Assembly (NCBI RefSeq): GCF_009834535.1
Contig: NC_045697.1
Location: 70,372,001-70,436,000 of the forward strand
DNA length: 64,000 nucleotides
Direction of reading: 5' to 3'
From: Camelus ferus
Lineage: Eukaryota
Shown: piece after piece, positions 11,736 to 23,784 of the stretch
Position numbering within the stretch: position 1 is the first letter of the stretch
How the letters are laid out: each line of letters opens with the position of its first letter
Made by a program: the position numbers and the translations under genes
Notes under the pieces: generated by a model
What the model was told of the DNA's origin: nothing
What the model saw: the letters and a program-made list of their open reading frames with translations, nothing else
Database searches by the model: none

Positions 11736-12439
11736 AACAGGCCCCTTGGCTGCCTGTGTTGTCTGTCATTTTCCTCTTCTACGTTGGCTATTCGAGGTCA
11801 TGTTTCCTGTCACCGATGATGCCCAGAGTGATAGCTTGAACTCCCATGATAAGCACAGGGCAGTTGGCAGGGCAGCCAGAGACGCTGAAGTTACACGTGT
11901 CTGAGGATGGCACCCTTAGTGGCTGTGCGGGGGCTGCTGTCTCCCCGCACTGCTGAAGCTGTCTCTTAGCAGATGTCACACCCGGTGACTCGATACCTCC
12001 TCTCACTGCTGTAGGACAAGTTAATTTGGGGCCTCATCATTGTAAGCAAAGAGCTGAGGCTGGAGGGCTGAGCTGCAGATTTATCTGAGTGACAATGACT
12101 AGGCTGTGTTCAAAATCACCCCACTCACCCCTCTTTGAAAAACTTGTATTTATTCCCCAGGTCTTTCCCCAAAAGGAAAGGCGCCTACCCAGGAGTGTCT
12201 TGGTACTTTATGTACATAAATCCCTCTTGGGCCATCTCTGTTCTCCAGACATGCCTGGAGTGTAGGCTGAATCATTTATTATTTATTTCCCAGCATTATA
12301 CAACTTTAACTGCTTATTTTCACCAGGGCTAGAGGAGTGAAGACTCTAGAGGAAGGAGAAATGCAGATGCACAACGGTTTGTTTACAGGGAGGACACCTT
12401 GACTTCCTGCTTGTTTCTCTCCCTGATGGGAGAGGCTCT

Positions 12440-13500
12440 AAGGAGGGACCCTGCCGGGGGTCCCAGCGATGCTGTCCTTAGCAAAGGGAGGCTCGGCGAG
12501 GACTCGCTCGGCTTCCTTCATCCCCGACAGGCTTGCTCGGCCTCCTGTTTCCCCCCAGCTGAGGATTACAAAGAACGTTTCAGACCCCTCTCCCATTTGA
12601 AGCCGTCTTTTGATGCCCGTGCCGCATGTAACGCCAATTTCTAACCCTGAGGCTGGTTCAGGAGATATTGAAGTAGTTGCTTTCTCACCACTAATCTCCC
12701 AGGAAAAAACCAACCCTGATGACTGGGAAGACAAGACAAATACAATCGAAGCACAGGTATCTTCCCTGAGGCCACAAGCTTCATTTTTGCAGAGAAACCT
12801 ATGACTCCTGATGACCACTGGGGGTCCCCAGCAGGCTTTACCAAGACACCGGAGGCACCGCACCCGTCATCCCTCCCATTCCTTCCCACGGACGCCCGCC
12901 GCCAGGGGCAAAAGCAACTCTCAGTGCGACGCCAGCGGCGCGGGAGCCACGCTGTGGTTGTGCCCGTAGGTACAGCTGAGCCTCCGAGGAGAGGGCCCTG
13001 GTGCTTTCCCTGCCTGCCCAATTTGCAGCTTAAATCATTGCCCTGATGTTATTTTAACGTGCTCTGGGGCCCTGGTGGGTAGAGTGGGTGGCGGGGGAAT
13101 AGCTTTAATTTCCTTTGGATGTTGGAATGTGCCTGACACTTCTTGAGTACTTGGGTGAATAAAAAAGAGTCTATAATCCTTGCAGTAATGAGCAACTTCG
13201 GTGCTTTTTTTTTTTTTTTTTTTAATGGCAAAGTTAAATTTTTGCTAGGGGAGAAGGAAAAAGGAAACGGGCATTTATGAAATGCCGCGTATGTACCATG
13301 CAGTTTACATTCATTATATTATTTAATCATCAAAATAACCTCATGAGTTTGGGGTTATCGTTCCCAGTGTGCAGATCAGGAGGGAGACATTCGGAGAGGC
13401 TGCCTGTTGTTCTGCTCATCAGCCGGCCAGTGGGCCGCAGTCCGCGTCCGTTTGGACGCACGGAGTGTGCTGTGCTGTTTGCCGCACTATCCCTCCACCT
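12440..13500. promoter_or_regulatory. CpG-enriched patch, candidate promoter or enhancer
   Basis: Local CpG excess relative to the depleted background, e.g. 'cacggacgcccgccgccagg', 'gtgcgacgccagcggcgcggg', 'ccgcagtccgcgtccgtttggacgcacgg'. Function is inferred only. Confidence 0.35.
13270..13495 (-). mobile_element. MIR SINE
   Basis: 'catttatgaaatgcc...atttaatcatcaaaataacctcatgag...ttcccagtgtgcagatcaggagggagacattcggagagg'. Confidence 0.7.
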
Positions 13501-14854
13501 TCTGGAATGACCGAGAGGGCTCTCGCAAAGCCCTCTACTCAGTTCTACCTGAAGCTTTCAGAGTACATAACCAAATCCAAAAGGTGAACTAGCATTTCTG
13601 GATAATAAAATGAAAGTATACATTTAATCAGGCACTTGCTTATTAAACATCTTTTATCCACCTGGCCTTATGTCTGCTGGAAGTTCTGTTGAGGGCCTCC
13701 TGCGCTTAACTCAGCATAAGTAAAAAGCACAACTCTTGGAGGAAACGTGTTATTTTGACTGGAAAGACAGAGATTGGCTGTGTCTGCAGGAAGTCCAGAA
13801 AGGGAAGGGGTCAGTGATGTGATGAGTTGCTGCCAAAGAGAAACTCATAATTCTTTCACTGCAGCACCAAACCAAGGGTAGCTTGACATAAAGAAGAATG
13901 ACCAGGCTCAGAGCATGGGGAAAAGAGCTGGGGTCAGTGCTTGGAGAAAAAACATAAGGGTTTCTTTTAATCTACTCTGTCACAAGGCCCAGCTCAGTGC
14001 CATGTGCAGAGTAGGCTCTGCATAAATGTTGACTCAAAGTTCAATGATGTTTTCAAAAGTCCTGATGGGCCCGCAGTGTGTCTCCCACCCACCCTTCAGC
14101 TGAAGTCACACTCATGTGGACTCCATTCAGTCTGCCCTCCGAAGGAAAGCTGAAAGTAAAAACCAAACTTAAGACTTCAAACACCACAGCACTTTCTTCT
14201 TAGATTTCTCCCAAGTTATTCACAGAGTAAGGTGTTTGGCTGCGAATAGCCACCCAGCACTTCTGCTTAGATATTTACAGGAAATATGCCTCCTCTCCAA
14301 ATATTACACTTGCCACATGATCGAGTTTTATCACGCAGAGATCCGGAAGGTGAAATGACTCTGAAGTCCCTTAGATGAGGCATCTTAGAAGTCCCTCTTC
14401 TGGAATTTGAGGGAGCTGAATTAGAATAAGAAGCGTTGATGGGTGAAGTGCATGTTATGTAATTTTTAGTCACTTGCACATGATTGAAAGCTTCACCATG
14501 GTCATCTTAGGAGAAAATGGTAATGATGAAATTTATTTGTATTTATGTTCCTGTCTCTCCACTGAAGGCCTTTAAAATTAACTCTTGATAGTGCCTGTAA
14601 ATAAAATAGATAAACAGTAGGGTTTTTTGCAGAAACATGAATGCCTCCTTTGCGAGAGAAAATAAAATGTGGAAAGGGGAAAAAAAAGATCTGGAAAGGA
14701 AAATTCAAGGGCAGGGTCTTAACTTCATCTGGGCTCTCGGGTGATAAGAAGTGACAGTATTTGGTACATAAGATGCTTCCAAATTCAGAATCTTGAAAAT
14801 AACAGTGTCAATCTTTTCTCCTTACTTTTTTTTTGTAAAAGGGGAATAGTAAAA

Positions 14855-15340
14855 TTAAAACACTGACCATTTATTGGCTGCTTATTTTGTGCCAAACACT
14901 GATCTGACCTAAACTCTAAAAACAATTTCTGTTACTCCTTAGAAGTTATTATCCCATGTGTATGAGGAACAAGTGTAGAGAAGTCAAGCACCTTTGCTTA
15001 TGACCTTACAGCAAGTGAGTTCTCATGGTTCCTTGAGCTGTTGGGAAGATTTGCTATTACAGGTGGGCTCACTGTGCTTTTTCATTGGGGTACATGGTTA
15101 TGGTAAGTAAAGGTGACCTTGGCCTTGGGTTGACAAAAATAATAGCTACTATTTATTGAAAGTCTACTGTGAACCAATCTCTTCACGTAGATCATCTGTG
15201 AATTTTCACCAACACATGTGCCAGAAAGGCTTTATCTTTTCTTTGTCACACAGGAGGAAACTGAGGCTTATATTGCTAGGAAGTGTTGGAACCTGGAGTC
15301 CAGCCTAGCTTTGTCTGGCCTCAAAACCTGACCTTCCACC
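14855..15340 (-). mobile_element. Two MIR fragments (about 14855-15020 and 15138-15340)
   Basis: 'catttattggctgcttattttgtgccaaacactg' and 'aataatagctactatttattgaaagtctactgtg...caggaggaaactgaggctt'. Confidence 0.7.
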
Positions 15341-16029
15341 TTCCAGGCCAAGTTCCTCAAGAGGATCATCCCAAAGGCTCCACCTGCTTACACAGGACAA
15401 ACGCTCCCTGGTGGAAGTGAGAGGGATACACAGCCAATGCCCTTGGAGAATCAAGCCCTCTTTCTGGTTTCAAGAGAGCCCTCAGTCCTTACTTTTTTTT
15501 TTTTTTTTTTTTCCGGTCATCTCCCGATCCTTAGCCAGAGACCCTAAATATGCATCTTCTATTTGTGACTTACTCTGTTTTTCTGTTTTGCTCATTATTA
15601 ATAAAAATAGCTCACAAAACAAACAGTAGGACAACCCACAAAATATGAATGAACAACACATACCCACAGGCTCTCCTTTTTTTGTTTTGTTTTGTTTTCT
15701 TTCCCATTTTAGACACACTGGGTGGTTAACAAAATCTACCCGAATATATCTTACTTGTTTTCAGGATCTGTCAGAAAATTGTTATGTTGTCTTGGACCTT
15801 GGGCCTGCTTTGCAGCCCACACCCTTGTTGGGCATGAGGTAAGCCCAGGAATAAGAGAATAAACAGTTGCTTGTATAATATTTCTATACAGGGGAAGTTA
15901 TTCTGTGTCACCCTAATGAAGAAACTCTTCTTAATCCAGGATGCTTGAGGATGCCAGCACTCTGCCCTCTACTCTGCAGTCATGAGGCTGCCTCCTCTCA
16001 CTGCCTTGGGCACCCTGGTTCTTCCTTTA

Positions 16030-16190
16030 ACGTTATGAGTTCATTTGTTTAGTGTTTTTCTCTCCCATTACACTGCAGTAAGCTTTATGACAATGAGGAC
16101 TAAGTGTCCTGTTTTAATTCTTTCTAGCAATAATTGGTGTTCAGTCAAAGGTAGTGGAGTAAATATTAAGAAGTTAAATAAATTGGATAT
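16030..16190 (+). mobile_element. L2 3' end fragment
   Basis: 'tgtttttctctcccattacactgcagtaagctttatgacaatgaggact'. Confidence 0.5.
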
Positions 16191-16411
16191 GAGTTCAAGG
16201 ACCTAACAAGGAATTTTGACTTTATCTTGCAGCCCAGTGGTTCTCAACTTCTTTTACCTACACTAGCACTCCTCCCAGGAGTTCTTATTCTCTTCTTGAA
16301 GGTTGTGTGTTGCAGGGGTGGCAGAAAAGAGGGCAGGCAGAGAGCAGCTATGTAGTTAGAATCTCCAAAGAGAGGCATTTTTTTGAAAAAAAAACCTTAG
16401 TTTAAAAAATT

Positions 16412-17076
16412 TTTTTTATTTTTTTATTGAAGTACAGTCAGTTTATAATGTGTCAATTTCTGGTGAACAGCATAATGTTTCAGTCATACATACACATACA
16501 TATGTTTCTTTTCGTATTTTTTTCATTATAGTTCACTACATGATATTGAACATAGTTCCTTGTGCCCTACAGTAGAAACTTGGTTGTGTATCTATTTTAT
16601 ATATAGTAGTGTGCACTGCAAATATTGAACTTCCCATTTATCTTTTCCCACTCTCCCCTCCCCCCTGGTAATCATAAGTTTGTTTTCTATGTCTCTGAAT
16701 CTGTTTCTGTGTTGTAAAAAAGTTCATTTGTGTCTTTTTTTCCCTCTTTTTAGGTTCCACATGAGTGATATCATATGGTATTTTTCTTTCTCTTTCTGGC
16801 TTACTTCACCTAAAATGACAGTCACCAGGTCCGTTTATGTTGATGCACATGGCATTATTTTATTATTTTTTATGGCTGAGTACTATTCCATTGTATAAAT
16901 ATACCACAACTTCTTTATCCAGTCATTTCCTGATGGACATTTAGGTTGCTTCCATGTCTTGGCTATTGTAAATAGTGCTGCTATGAACGTTGGGGTACAT
17001 GTATCTCTCCAAATTAGAGTTCTATCTGGATATATGCGCAGGAGTAGGATTGATGGATTATATGATAAGTCTATTT
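16412..17076 (-). mobile_element. 5'-truncated lineage-specific L1 (ORF2 C-terminus plus 3'UTR)
   Basis: Minus-strand translation KLKIDLSYNPSILLLRIYP...TCTPTFIAALFTIAKTWKQPKCPS..DWIKKLWYIYTME is the L1 ORF2p C-terminus. T-rich tail at about 16410-16428. TSD ttagtttaaaaaa(a)tt at 16397-16411 and 17077-17092. Confidence 0.95.
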
Positions 17077-17134
17077 TTAGTTTAAAAAAATTCCTTGTTA
17101 ATTGTGAAAACCTTCTTCCTAGCCCCAATCACAG

Positions 17135-17505
17135 GCAGTGAAGAAAGTGAAGAGGCAATGAAATTTTTGAATCAAAACATGGAAAGATGAAGATACATCT
17201 TTGGAATGACAGTGTTCAAGTGTCCTGGGTTGGGGGAGGACATGAAATCAGAGACAGAAAAAAATCATAGCCCATTTGTTTGAATGCTGTGAAAATATGG
17301 ACTATATTGTGGATAAAGGCCTGAAGAGGAAGGGTGAAGGTGAAAAATCCTTTAAAGGAAGAATTGATAGGAAGAAGAAAGTAAAAGTTACAACTAGATT
17401 TGAGAATTTGAGCTTCACTGATTGAGGAAGAGCGAATCTACTAACAAAACACTGTAGGAAAATGAAGAAGCTCATTTAGGGCAAAGAAATGATGACTTTT
17501 CACTT
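17135..17505 (-). mobile_element. Degenerate L2 fragments
   Basis: Purine-rich antisense-L2-like tract, e.g. 'ggaagaattgataggaag...tttgagcttcactgattgagg'. Confidence 0.4.
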
Positions 17506-17892
17506 ATTTTTCCAAGTTGGTATCAGTTAAAATTAACTATTGTTTAATTTTCACTTTTGTAAATAGTTTTGCAGTTGAGCATTCCTCTTTACAACTAGTT
17601 TTGGAGGGTGTTTAGTTTGCCAGGTGCAGATAATTTGGTGGCACCAAAACCTATATTTACACGTATTTCTTTCTCTCTAAACCAGGACCCTTTGTTTTAT
17701 TTCCCATGTAATCTTTCTCTGTCAATGTTAATACGTGAGAGCTTCTACCTAACAGAAATACTTGTGAGTGATGACAGTTTGAACAGGTGGAATTAGTCCA
17801 ATTCCCTTAAGGTCAGATTCATGTCTTTAGAACAGTTTTTATAACTCAGATCACAGTCCTTTCTTTTATGGGAAAAATATTTCAGGGCTTAA

Positions 17893-18446
17893 TGTGGTTG
17901 ATTCTCTTCAAAGACAGCTGTTAACAAATCCTCCCCTTTATCTATGCACAGGCCACTTTTTCTATTAAGAGGTGCATTCTGTTTCCCTTTCCCTGAATCT
18001 CGACTGGCTCTGTGACAGGCTTCAACTAGGAGGTTTAGTGGCAGAAGTTCTGGGCCTGGCCCTTTCCAGCCAGGCAGCTTCTGCTTTTGCTATCCTGGAC
18101 CCCAGCTCCCATGCTGTAAGGTTCTCTAGGCCATCCTGCGGAAGATGAGAGTCATGAGGAAAGCCTGTCAATGATCAGAAACAGTGTAGAAAGAAAAGGC
18201 ATGTGAAGGAGAGCCAAAATGCCCCAGCCAAGAGCCAGCACCACAACCCCTGGAGATGATAGTAGGGCCTTCTTGGACCTTTCAGTCCAGCCCCTCCTCT
18301 GCAGATACAGCTGCATGAGTGACTCCACCAGGACCACATGGAGCAGGGAACTCGTAGCAAACGGACAGAACTGGGAGCCAGAGTAAAGCATTGTTTAAGC
18401 CACTAAGTGTTAGGGTGGTTTGTTACACAGCAATGAGTAACTTACA
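17893..18446 (+). mobile_element. MaLR solo LTR (MLT1G/H-like)
   Basis: 'tgtggttgatt...ccctgaatctcgactggctctgtgac...cagctgcatgagtgactcc...ttgtttaagccactaagtgttagggtggtttgttacacagcaatgagtaac'. Confidence 0.85.
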
Positions 18447-18517
18447 TATTTGCATACTTGAAATTCCTTTTTATCATGTAATACTAAATAAATAAGAATA
18501 AATATATAATCATAATG

Positions 18518-19011
18518 TGTAGAGGAGGTAAAATTTCTCCTCTCTTTTCTTTGGGTTTCTGGCTGGGACTGACATAAGACATTAACAGGAGAAAAGCATA
18601 CACATTTTATTTTTAAAAATTTTACATGGACATGGGGTCCCCACAGGAAAATAAAGACCCGAAGAAGTGGCTAGGCCTAAGTGGTTATATACTAGGTTGA
18701 ACAAAAGGTTTCAAGTGTGGAAAAGTAACTAAAATATATGGGAGGACTAAAAGAAGGTAAGTTGTTTTAACAAGGTTTGTTTGTACCAGTTTCTTGGCTT
18801 CGATTCCTCACCTCGGCTGATAAGAATGTTTCTTTCTTCCTGGTTTAGGGAGGGTATCCTTCACATGGGAATGTCATCTCCTGCCATTGGGAAGGAAAAA
18901 TGAAGGTCGGAGCACCCTTCTTGCATCTGCTGTTTTTCAAGTGCCTTAAACTCAAAATAATCAGTAAGCCAAAGCAGCGTATTTTGGGCTTGTGTGCTCT
19001 GAACCCCTTCA
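18518..19011 (-). mobile_element. ERV1 solo LTR (MER34-like)
   Basis: Reverse complement starts tgaaggggttcagagcacacaagcccaaaatacgctgctttggc...gattattttgagtttaaggcacttgaaaaacagcagatgcaagaagg. TG...CA ends and a perfect 4-bp TSD aatg (18514-18517 and 19012-19015). Confidence 0.9.
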
Positions 19012-19537
19012 AATGCGCAATAATAAAACAAGCACGTATACAAACCTGCCTCATAAGAACCAGAACATTTTCAAAACCCTTGAAGCTAAATCTATGACCC
19101 AGTCAGAAGTAATCACTATCCTCAATTCTGTATTAATTATCTCTTTGCTTAAAAAAATAACATGGACATTTATCTGTTACCAAATAACATAACAATTTAG
19201 TGAGATGATTATCTTTGGAAAAAGCTGTGTTCTGAGCCTTATCTCCTTTCTGCCCTCTGAATGGGAGGCTGGATGGGGATTATAGCTTCTTAATTTCAAG
19301 ACCAGAGAGGGAGACTTTAAGTAGAAGACTTAGAAAGCTCAGAGCGTGGCCCCTGCTGCTGGGGTTTTAGTGGACAGATGTCTGTCTCTCACCCGGGAAA
19401 TCTAGAGATGAGAGATGAACTGACCAGCTGCTTTGGTGGCACAGGCAGGGGGATGTCTATTGCTTTGCAATCAGCCTGCACGCTCAAGATTTATCAAGGC
19501 AGAGATTGTGCAAGGGTTTTCCATGGACCATGGACAC

Positions 19538-19730
19538 TAAGAGAGAGACAGAGAGTGAGAGTGAGAGCAAGGGACATAGACACACAGAGAGGGACAGAGG
19601 CCGAGAGAGGGAGTGAGAGGGAGAGGCCGAGAGAGGGCCAAGGAGACCCTGGCAACAAGAAGAGGGAGGTAGGTCTGAGACTCCCAAGGGTTGGTGAAGA
19701 AAAAGCAAGTGAGAACCCAGAAGAGAGATA
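19538..19730. repeat. GA-rich low-complexity tract
   Basis: 'agagagagacagagagtgagagtgagag...gagaggccgagagaggg'. Confidence 0.8.
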
Positions 19731-19904
19731 TATAAGCCAGGTCAAGGTAACTGCAAGTTGGAGACCCCCAGGGATGCAAATCTCTGGAGAGCTCACAAGC
19801 ACCGTCTGCCAGGCCCGGGAGGCCTAAAGCCAGCTCAAGATGTTACCGATCCAAGCGCCAGATTTCTTATCCTCGTTCATCTTCTTTCTCTGTCCTCCAA
19901 CTCC

Positions 19905-20056
19905 TTGCTGCTCAGTGTGTCCTAGGACCAGCAGCATTAGCCTCACTTGGGAGCTTGTTAGAAATGCTAAAACTCAGGCCCCATCCGGACCTACTAAAGC
20001 ACCCGTATTTTAACAAGCTCTCTAGGTGTTGCGCACACAGAGTTTGAGGAGCAGGG
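19905..20056. mobile_element. MER5A-type hAT-Charlie MITE
   Basis: 'ggaccagcagcattagcctcacttgggagcttgttagaaatgc...ctcaggcccc...ttttaacaagctctctaggtg'. Confidence 0.85.
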
Positions 20057-20302
20057 TAAGCCACGCCAGGGTTTGCAGACCTGTAGGGGTGTGGTGGGGG
20101 AAGCTTCCTGGGAATGAGAAAAGTGAACCACACTCCCCGACCCGAGCCAGAGGAAAGCCTTCCTCCCTGAACACGTCACAGAGGGGAAGATGGAGACGAA
20201 AGTAAAGCAGCGTGTTATTTACATGCCTCATGTTGTGCTTGTTCAAAATACGAGGGACAGACACTTATGTAAGCCTAGTTTCTTTCTTTCCTTTCTACAT
20301 TT

Positions 20303-20452
20303 AGAATAGTTGATACTATTCGTGGTCTGCTCAAAAATCACCTGGGCTGCTTGTGCTCCAGAGCTGATGAACTGGTCCCTACCTGGGGGCACACTTTTAA
20401 TAAGCACCCTGGGAGACCCCTTTGGACATGAACACTTAAGATGACTAACCTA
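20303..20452. mobile_element. MER5-type MITE, degenerate
   Basis: 'aaaatcacctgggctgcttg...ttttaataagcaccctgggagac'. Confidence 0.55.
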
Positions 20453-21971
20453 GCATTTCCTGGGTCCCCAAACTTTGCCCTGATGCTGCTACCCCTTTCT
20501 TGCCCCACTGTTTCCTTGTCATTATTCTAAAGCTGGTCACATCAGGCACCAGGAGAGAGGGGAAGACTGACCTGGGAGGGAGGAGGGTAAAAATAAATTC
20601 TATCCTGTTGCAGAATCAGACCACTCCTTTCATTTCAGTCTTGCCTCTCTCTTTCCATGTCTTGCTTTGGGCACACGTTATCTTACCTTTAAGCCCAGCC
20701 CACCTGAGCTCCCTCTCTCTTAACCCTCTGGTGTTCTTAATGCAGACTAGGGGAGCTCAGCTTAGAAACGCAGTGAACCCACTCTCCCTGCCTCAGAGTT
20801 TTGTGGGACGGTGGGAGTGGGGTTGGAGGACAGCTCTTCCTGCTAAGGCGGAGGCAGTGGGGTGGAGATGTGTTTTCAAGTCCTGGTTGAGTCCCTGAAT
20901 GACTTTTGCTATAGAAACAAATAGAGCGTTCTTAGTTACACTTTATATCAAGTCTGTGGGCTGGCCTGAGGAAAAGACTGACATTGATCATGGTTTTTAG
21001 TAGAAAAACCCATTAGAGTTTGACTTACTAATCTGGAGTCCAACCCTTTTTGTATGCTGGGGATTGCTTATGTCACTGTGTGTCTAAGTTTGAGGTTAAG
21101 AATGCCTTTACTCATAGACTCCTCGGCATGTGATAACTGTCTTTCTGAACAAAAGAAACTTCCATATATCTCAGTGATACCTGAAGCTGCTTTAGTTACC
21201 AGCATACGGCTACCCTGAATATTATATACATTGTATTAGGTTCATCCGAAAGATCAGCTTGTGTACAAAGTGTATTTTAGGTTTCAAGGGCAATTCTGAT
21301 TTTTAAATAGGATTCCAAAATCAAATGCCTTTTCAATAATTTATTTTTCTCTAAGATAGGCTTTGTGGTGTTTCTGAGGCTGCGGTGGAGCTGGGAAGTG
21401 GCAGGCTGGAGGAAGGTAATGAGCATATGGGAGCCCTGCTGGAGGGGGAGGGGTGCCTGAGGTCCTCCTGGGAATAGCTTAACTAGAGAATTAGACTCCA
21501 CAGGCTGCATGTTTCGAAGGGATTACTGCGAACTGGATGCCGTCAGGGACAAAGCAAAAGGCAGAGTAGTGTTGAAACCCCGTTGCCCAGAATGTCTTGC
21601 TGCAGACATGAAGTAGCAATTACAGGGGAGGAAAATGTCATTTTCACAAACTTACAACAGGTCTTGAGAGAGATCCTTGGTATCTTTCAAATTTTTTTTC
21701 TTATAAAGCAGCTCACATACACAAGGATAGAAGTCTATTTTCTCTAAAGACATTAGAAGAATAATTGTTCACCAATGAAGGTTTATACACATACCCTACA
21801 TACAGCCTTGTAGGGAATTTGGGAAGAAGCAATTCAAAAATCTTGCTTGTAAAAACTGTGTTGGTTCTCACATGTAATAGAGTCATGGATACTGAATCTT
21901 AACAAAACAGTGTATTATGTAGATAAATGTAACATAACGTGCTTGAATATTTATAAAATATTTTTTCACCA

Positions 21972-22140
21972 AAGCAATGTGATTTAGTGGAAGAAATGTG
22001 CATTTTAGAATCAAACAGAAATAGCACAAATTCTCATTTGCCCACTGAAGTGTTCTTGGACGAAGGACTGCTGTGAGGATGAAATGACGTAACAACATCC
22101 AGCACATGCCTGCACATCATGAGGGCTCAATGTTTGTTTA
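21972..22140 (+). mobile_element. MIR SINE with internal deletion
   Basis: 'tagtggaagaaatgtgcattttagaatcaaacag...ctgctgtgaggatgaaatga...cagcacatgcctgcacatc'. Confidence 0.65.
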
Positions 22141-23046
22141 ACAAACTGCATATTTAGCTTTCTACTCTGATACCATTTCTATGTATATAGTAGGTTAAAA
22201 GTAAATTTTTAAAATCAAAATCACTTAATTGTGATAAAGATATGAATGTTTAAAGCAGGTACAGAATTTAATTTATGATGGTGACCCACTTTGATGGGGT
22301 AAGGAAGTACATTTATTTTGTGTTTCCTACTAATTGTCTTTCCTGATTGACATCATAGAATGAAAAGTCATGTTAAGACATGAAAGAATAAGAAAATTTC
22401 CATGAATTGTACGTACATCTAAAAATAAAATGTGATGATAAGGAATAAGAAGAAATACTAACTTGGATGAGAGATGAATTAGTTGGCTGATTGACTGTCC
22501 TCAACTCACTTTTCCTTCTTCAAAGAAAGCCAATTGCATTGTTTTTCATTTTGAGGAATTTACTGCTGATCTGTACAGAAAAATAGGAAGAAACAAACAA
22601 GAACAACGTGGGGGAGCTCATGAGGCTTGGGATGCGATAGAGTTCTTCACACCAGGTCTATAAATCCTGACTCTCTGCTGAGAGGGTCAACAGAAACCCT
22701 CTTTGCCCTCTATTTCTGGTTTTGAGAGTATTTTGAAACTTACCAAATCTTCCAACGTCTCCATTCTGTGTCCATCTGACCACCTTTGCCAACTGCCACG
22801 CAGACTGATTCCTCCCCAATGGCTCTTCTCTTCAGTCCGGAAGATGCCAACCAGCAGGACAACAGGAGATAGGCTCCTGGTCTCAGGTGCAGAACCTCTA
22901 GTGTTGGTTACAACCGTACCATTGTGTCGAGCTTCTGCCCCAAATGTCCATATGAAGCTCATATATAAGCATTTTTCATTTTACAATAGCTATGCTTGTA
23001 CACTGAAATATATTAATTTATTTAAGAAAAAGTTATTAAGTGCCTA

Positions 23047-23620
23047 CATGGTGGCTTTGTACTATGTCAGCTTTACCAAATTGACACTTTAGAATTTAGT
23101 TTTCCAGAATTATCTTGCATGTATGTTTCAGGGAAAGAGTTGTCCACAAGAGAAATTTGCATGGTATTTTGAAGACAGAAAAGCAGAGCCATTTCTTTAT
23201 GCTCTAAAACTTGGTGCAGGGTGCCAGGCGCTGCGGCAGCCTGTGAATGCTGTCACCGATCTGCTGGCTTACCTTAGGGGCCAGGTGGGTGGCACCTGGG
23301 TCTGCAGCCTCTCCAGCTCTTGCTGGATCATCTGCTGCAGGGTCTCTGCTCCCTGGGTGGGCGCATACACTGCTCTGTGTCAATGGCATTAGCTTCTCCT
23401 GCAGATCACCTGCATCATGGAGGCTGGAGGTGCTGACAGCCAGATGTGGGCTCTGGTTTATCCTTGCTCTCCCCTACTTTATATCCAGTTGTCCTTCTCA
23501 ACTACTGCTCCAGCTTACCTATCACAGCTTCAGGTCCCACATCCACTGCAGACAATGAGCTCCTTTATTTTACATCACTTATCGGGGTTCTGCTTCTCTG
23601 GTTGACCCATGACAGATACA
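23047..23620 (+). mobile_element. ERVL-class solo LTR inserted in an L2 tail
   Basis: 'atgtcagctttaccaaattg...ttttccagaatt...ggttctgcttctctggttgacccatgacagataca'. 5-bp TSD gccta/gcctg (23042-23046 and 23621-23625). L2 resumes with 'atgccagacactgtgctgggctttggggatacaaacagtgag' to about 23720. Confidence 0.8.
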
Positions 23621-23784
23621 GCCTGCATATGCCAGACACTGTGCTGGGCTTTGGGGATACAAACAGTGAGCCAGGGAAGTACTGCCCTTCTTTACAGAGC
23701 TTGAAGTCTAGTTTAGGATACTATTATTATAAAACAAAATGAGTAACACATGGTGTTTTTAATTTTCAATCAAGCTGAGGATTC

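Noticed and set aside
12893..12912. CTCF site at 'gccgccaggggcaa'
   Set aside because: One G short of the CCGCCAGGGGGC core spacing; cannot be supported without a PWM scan or ChIP data.
19378..19827. 149-aa R/E-rich ORF
   Set aside because: Produced by a GA-rich low-complexity tract that lacks stop codons.
20805..20830. G-quadruplex
   Set aside because: Only three runs of at least 3 G.
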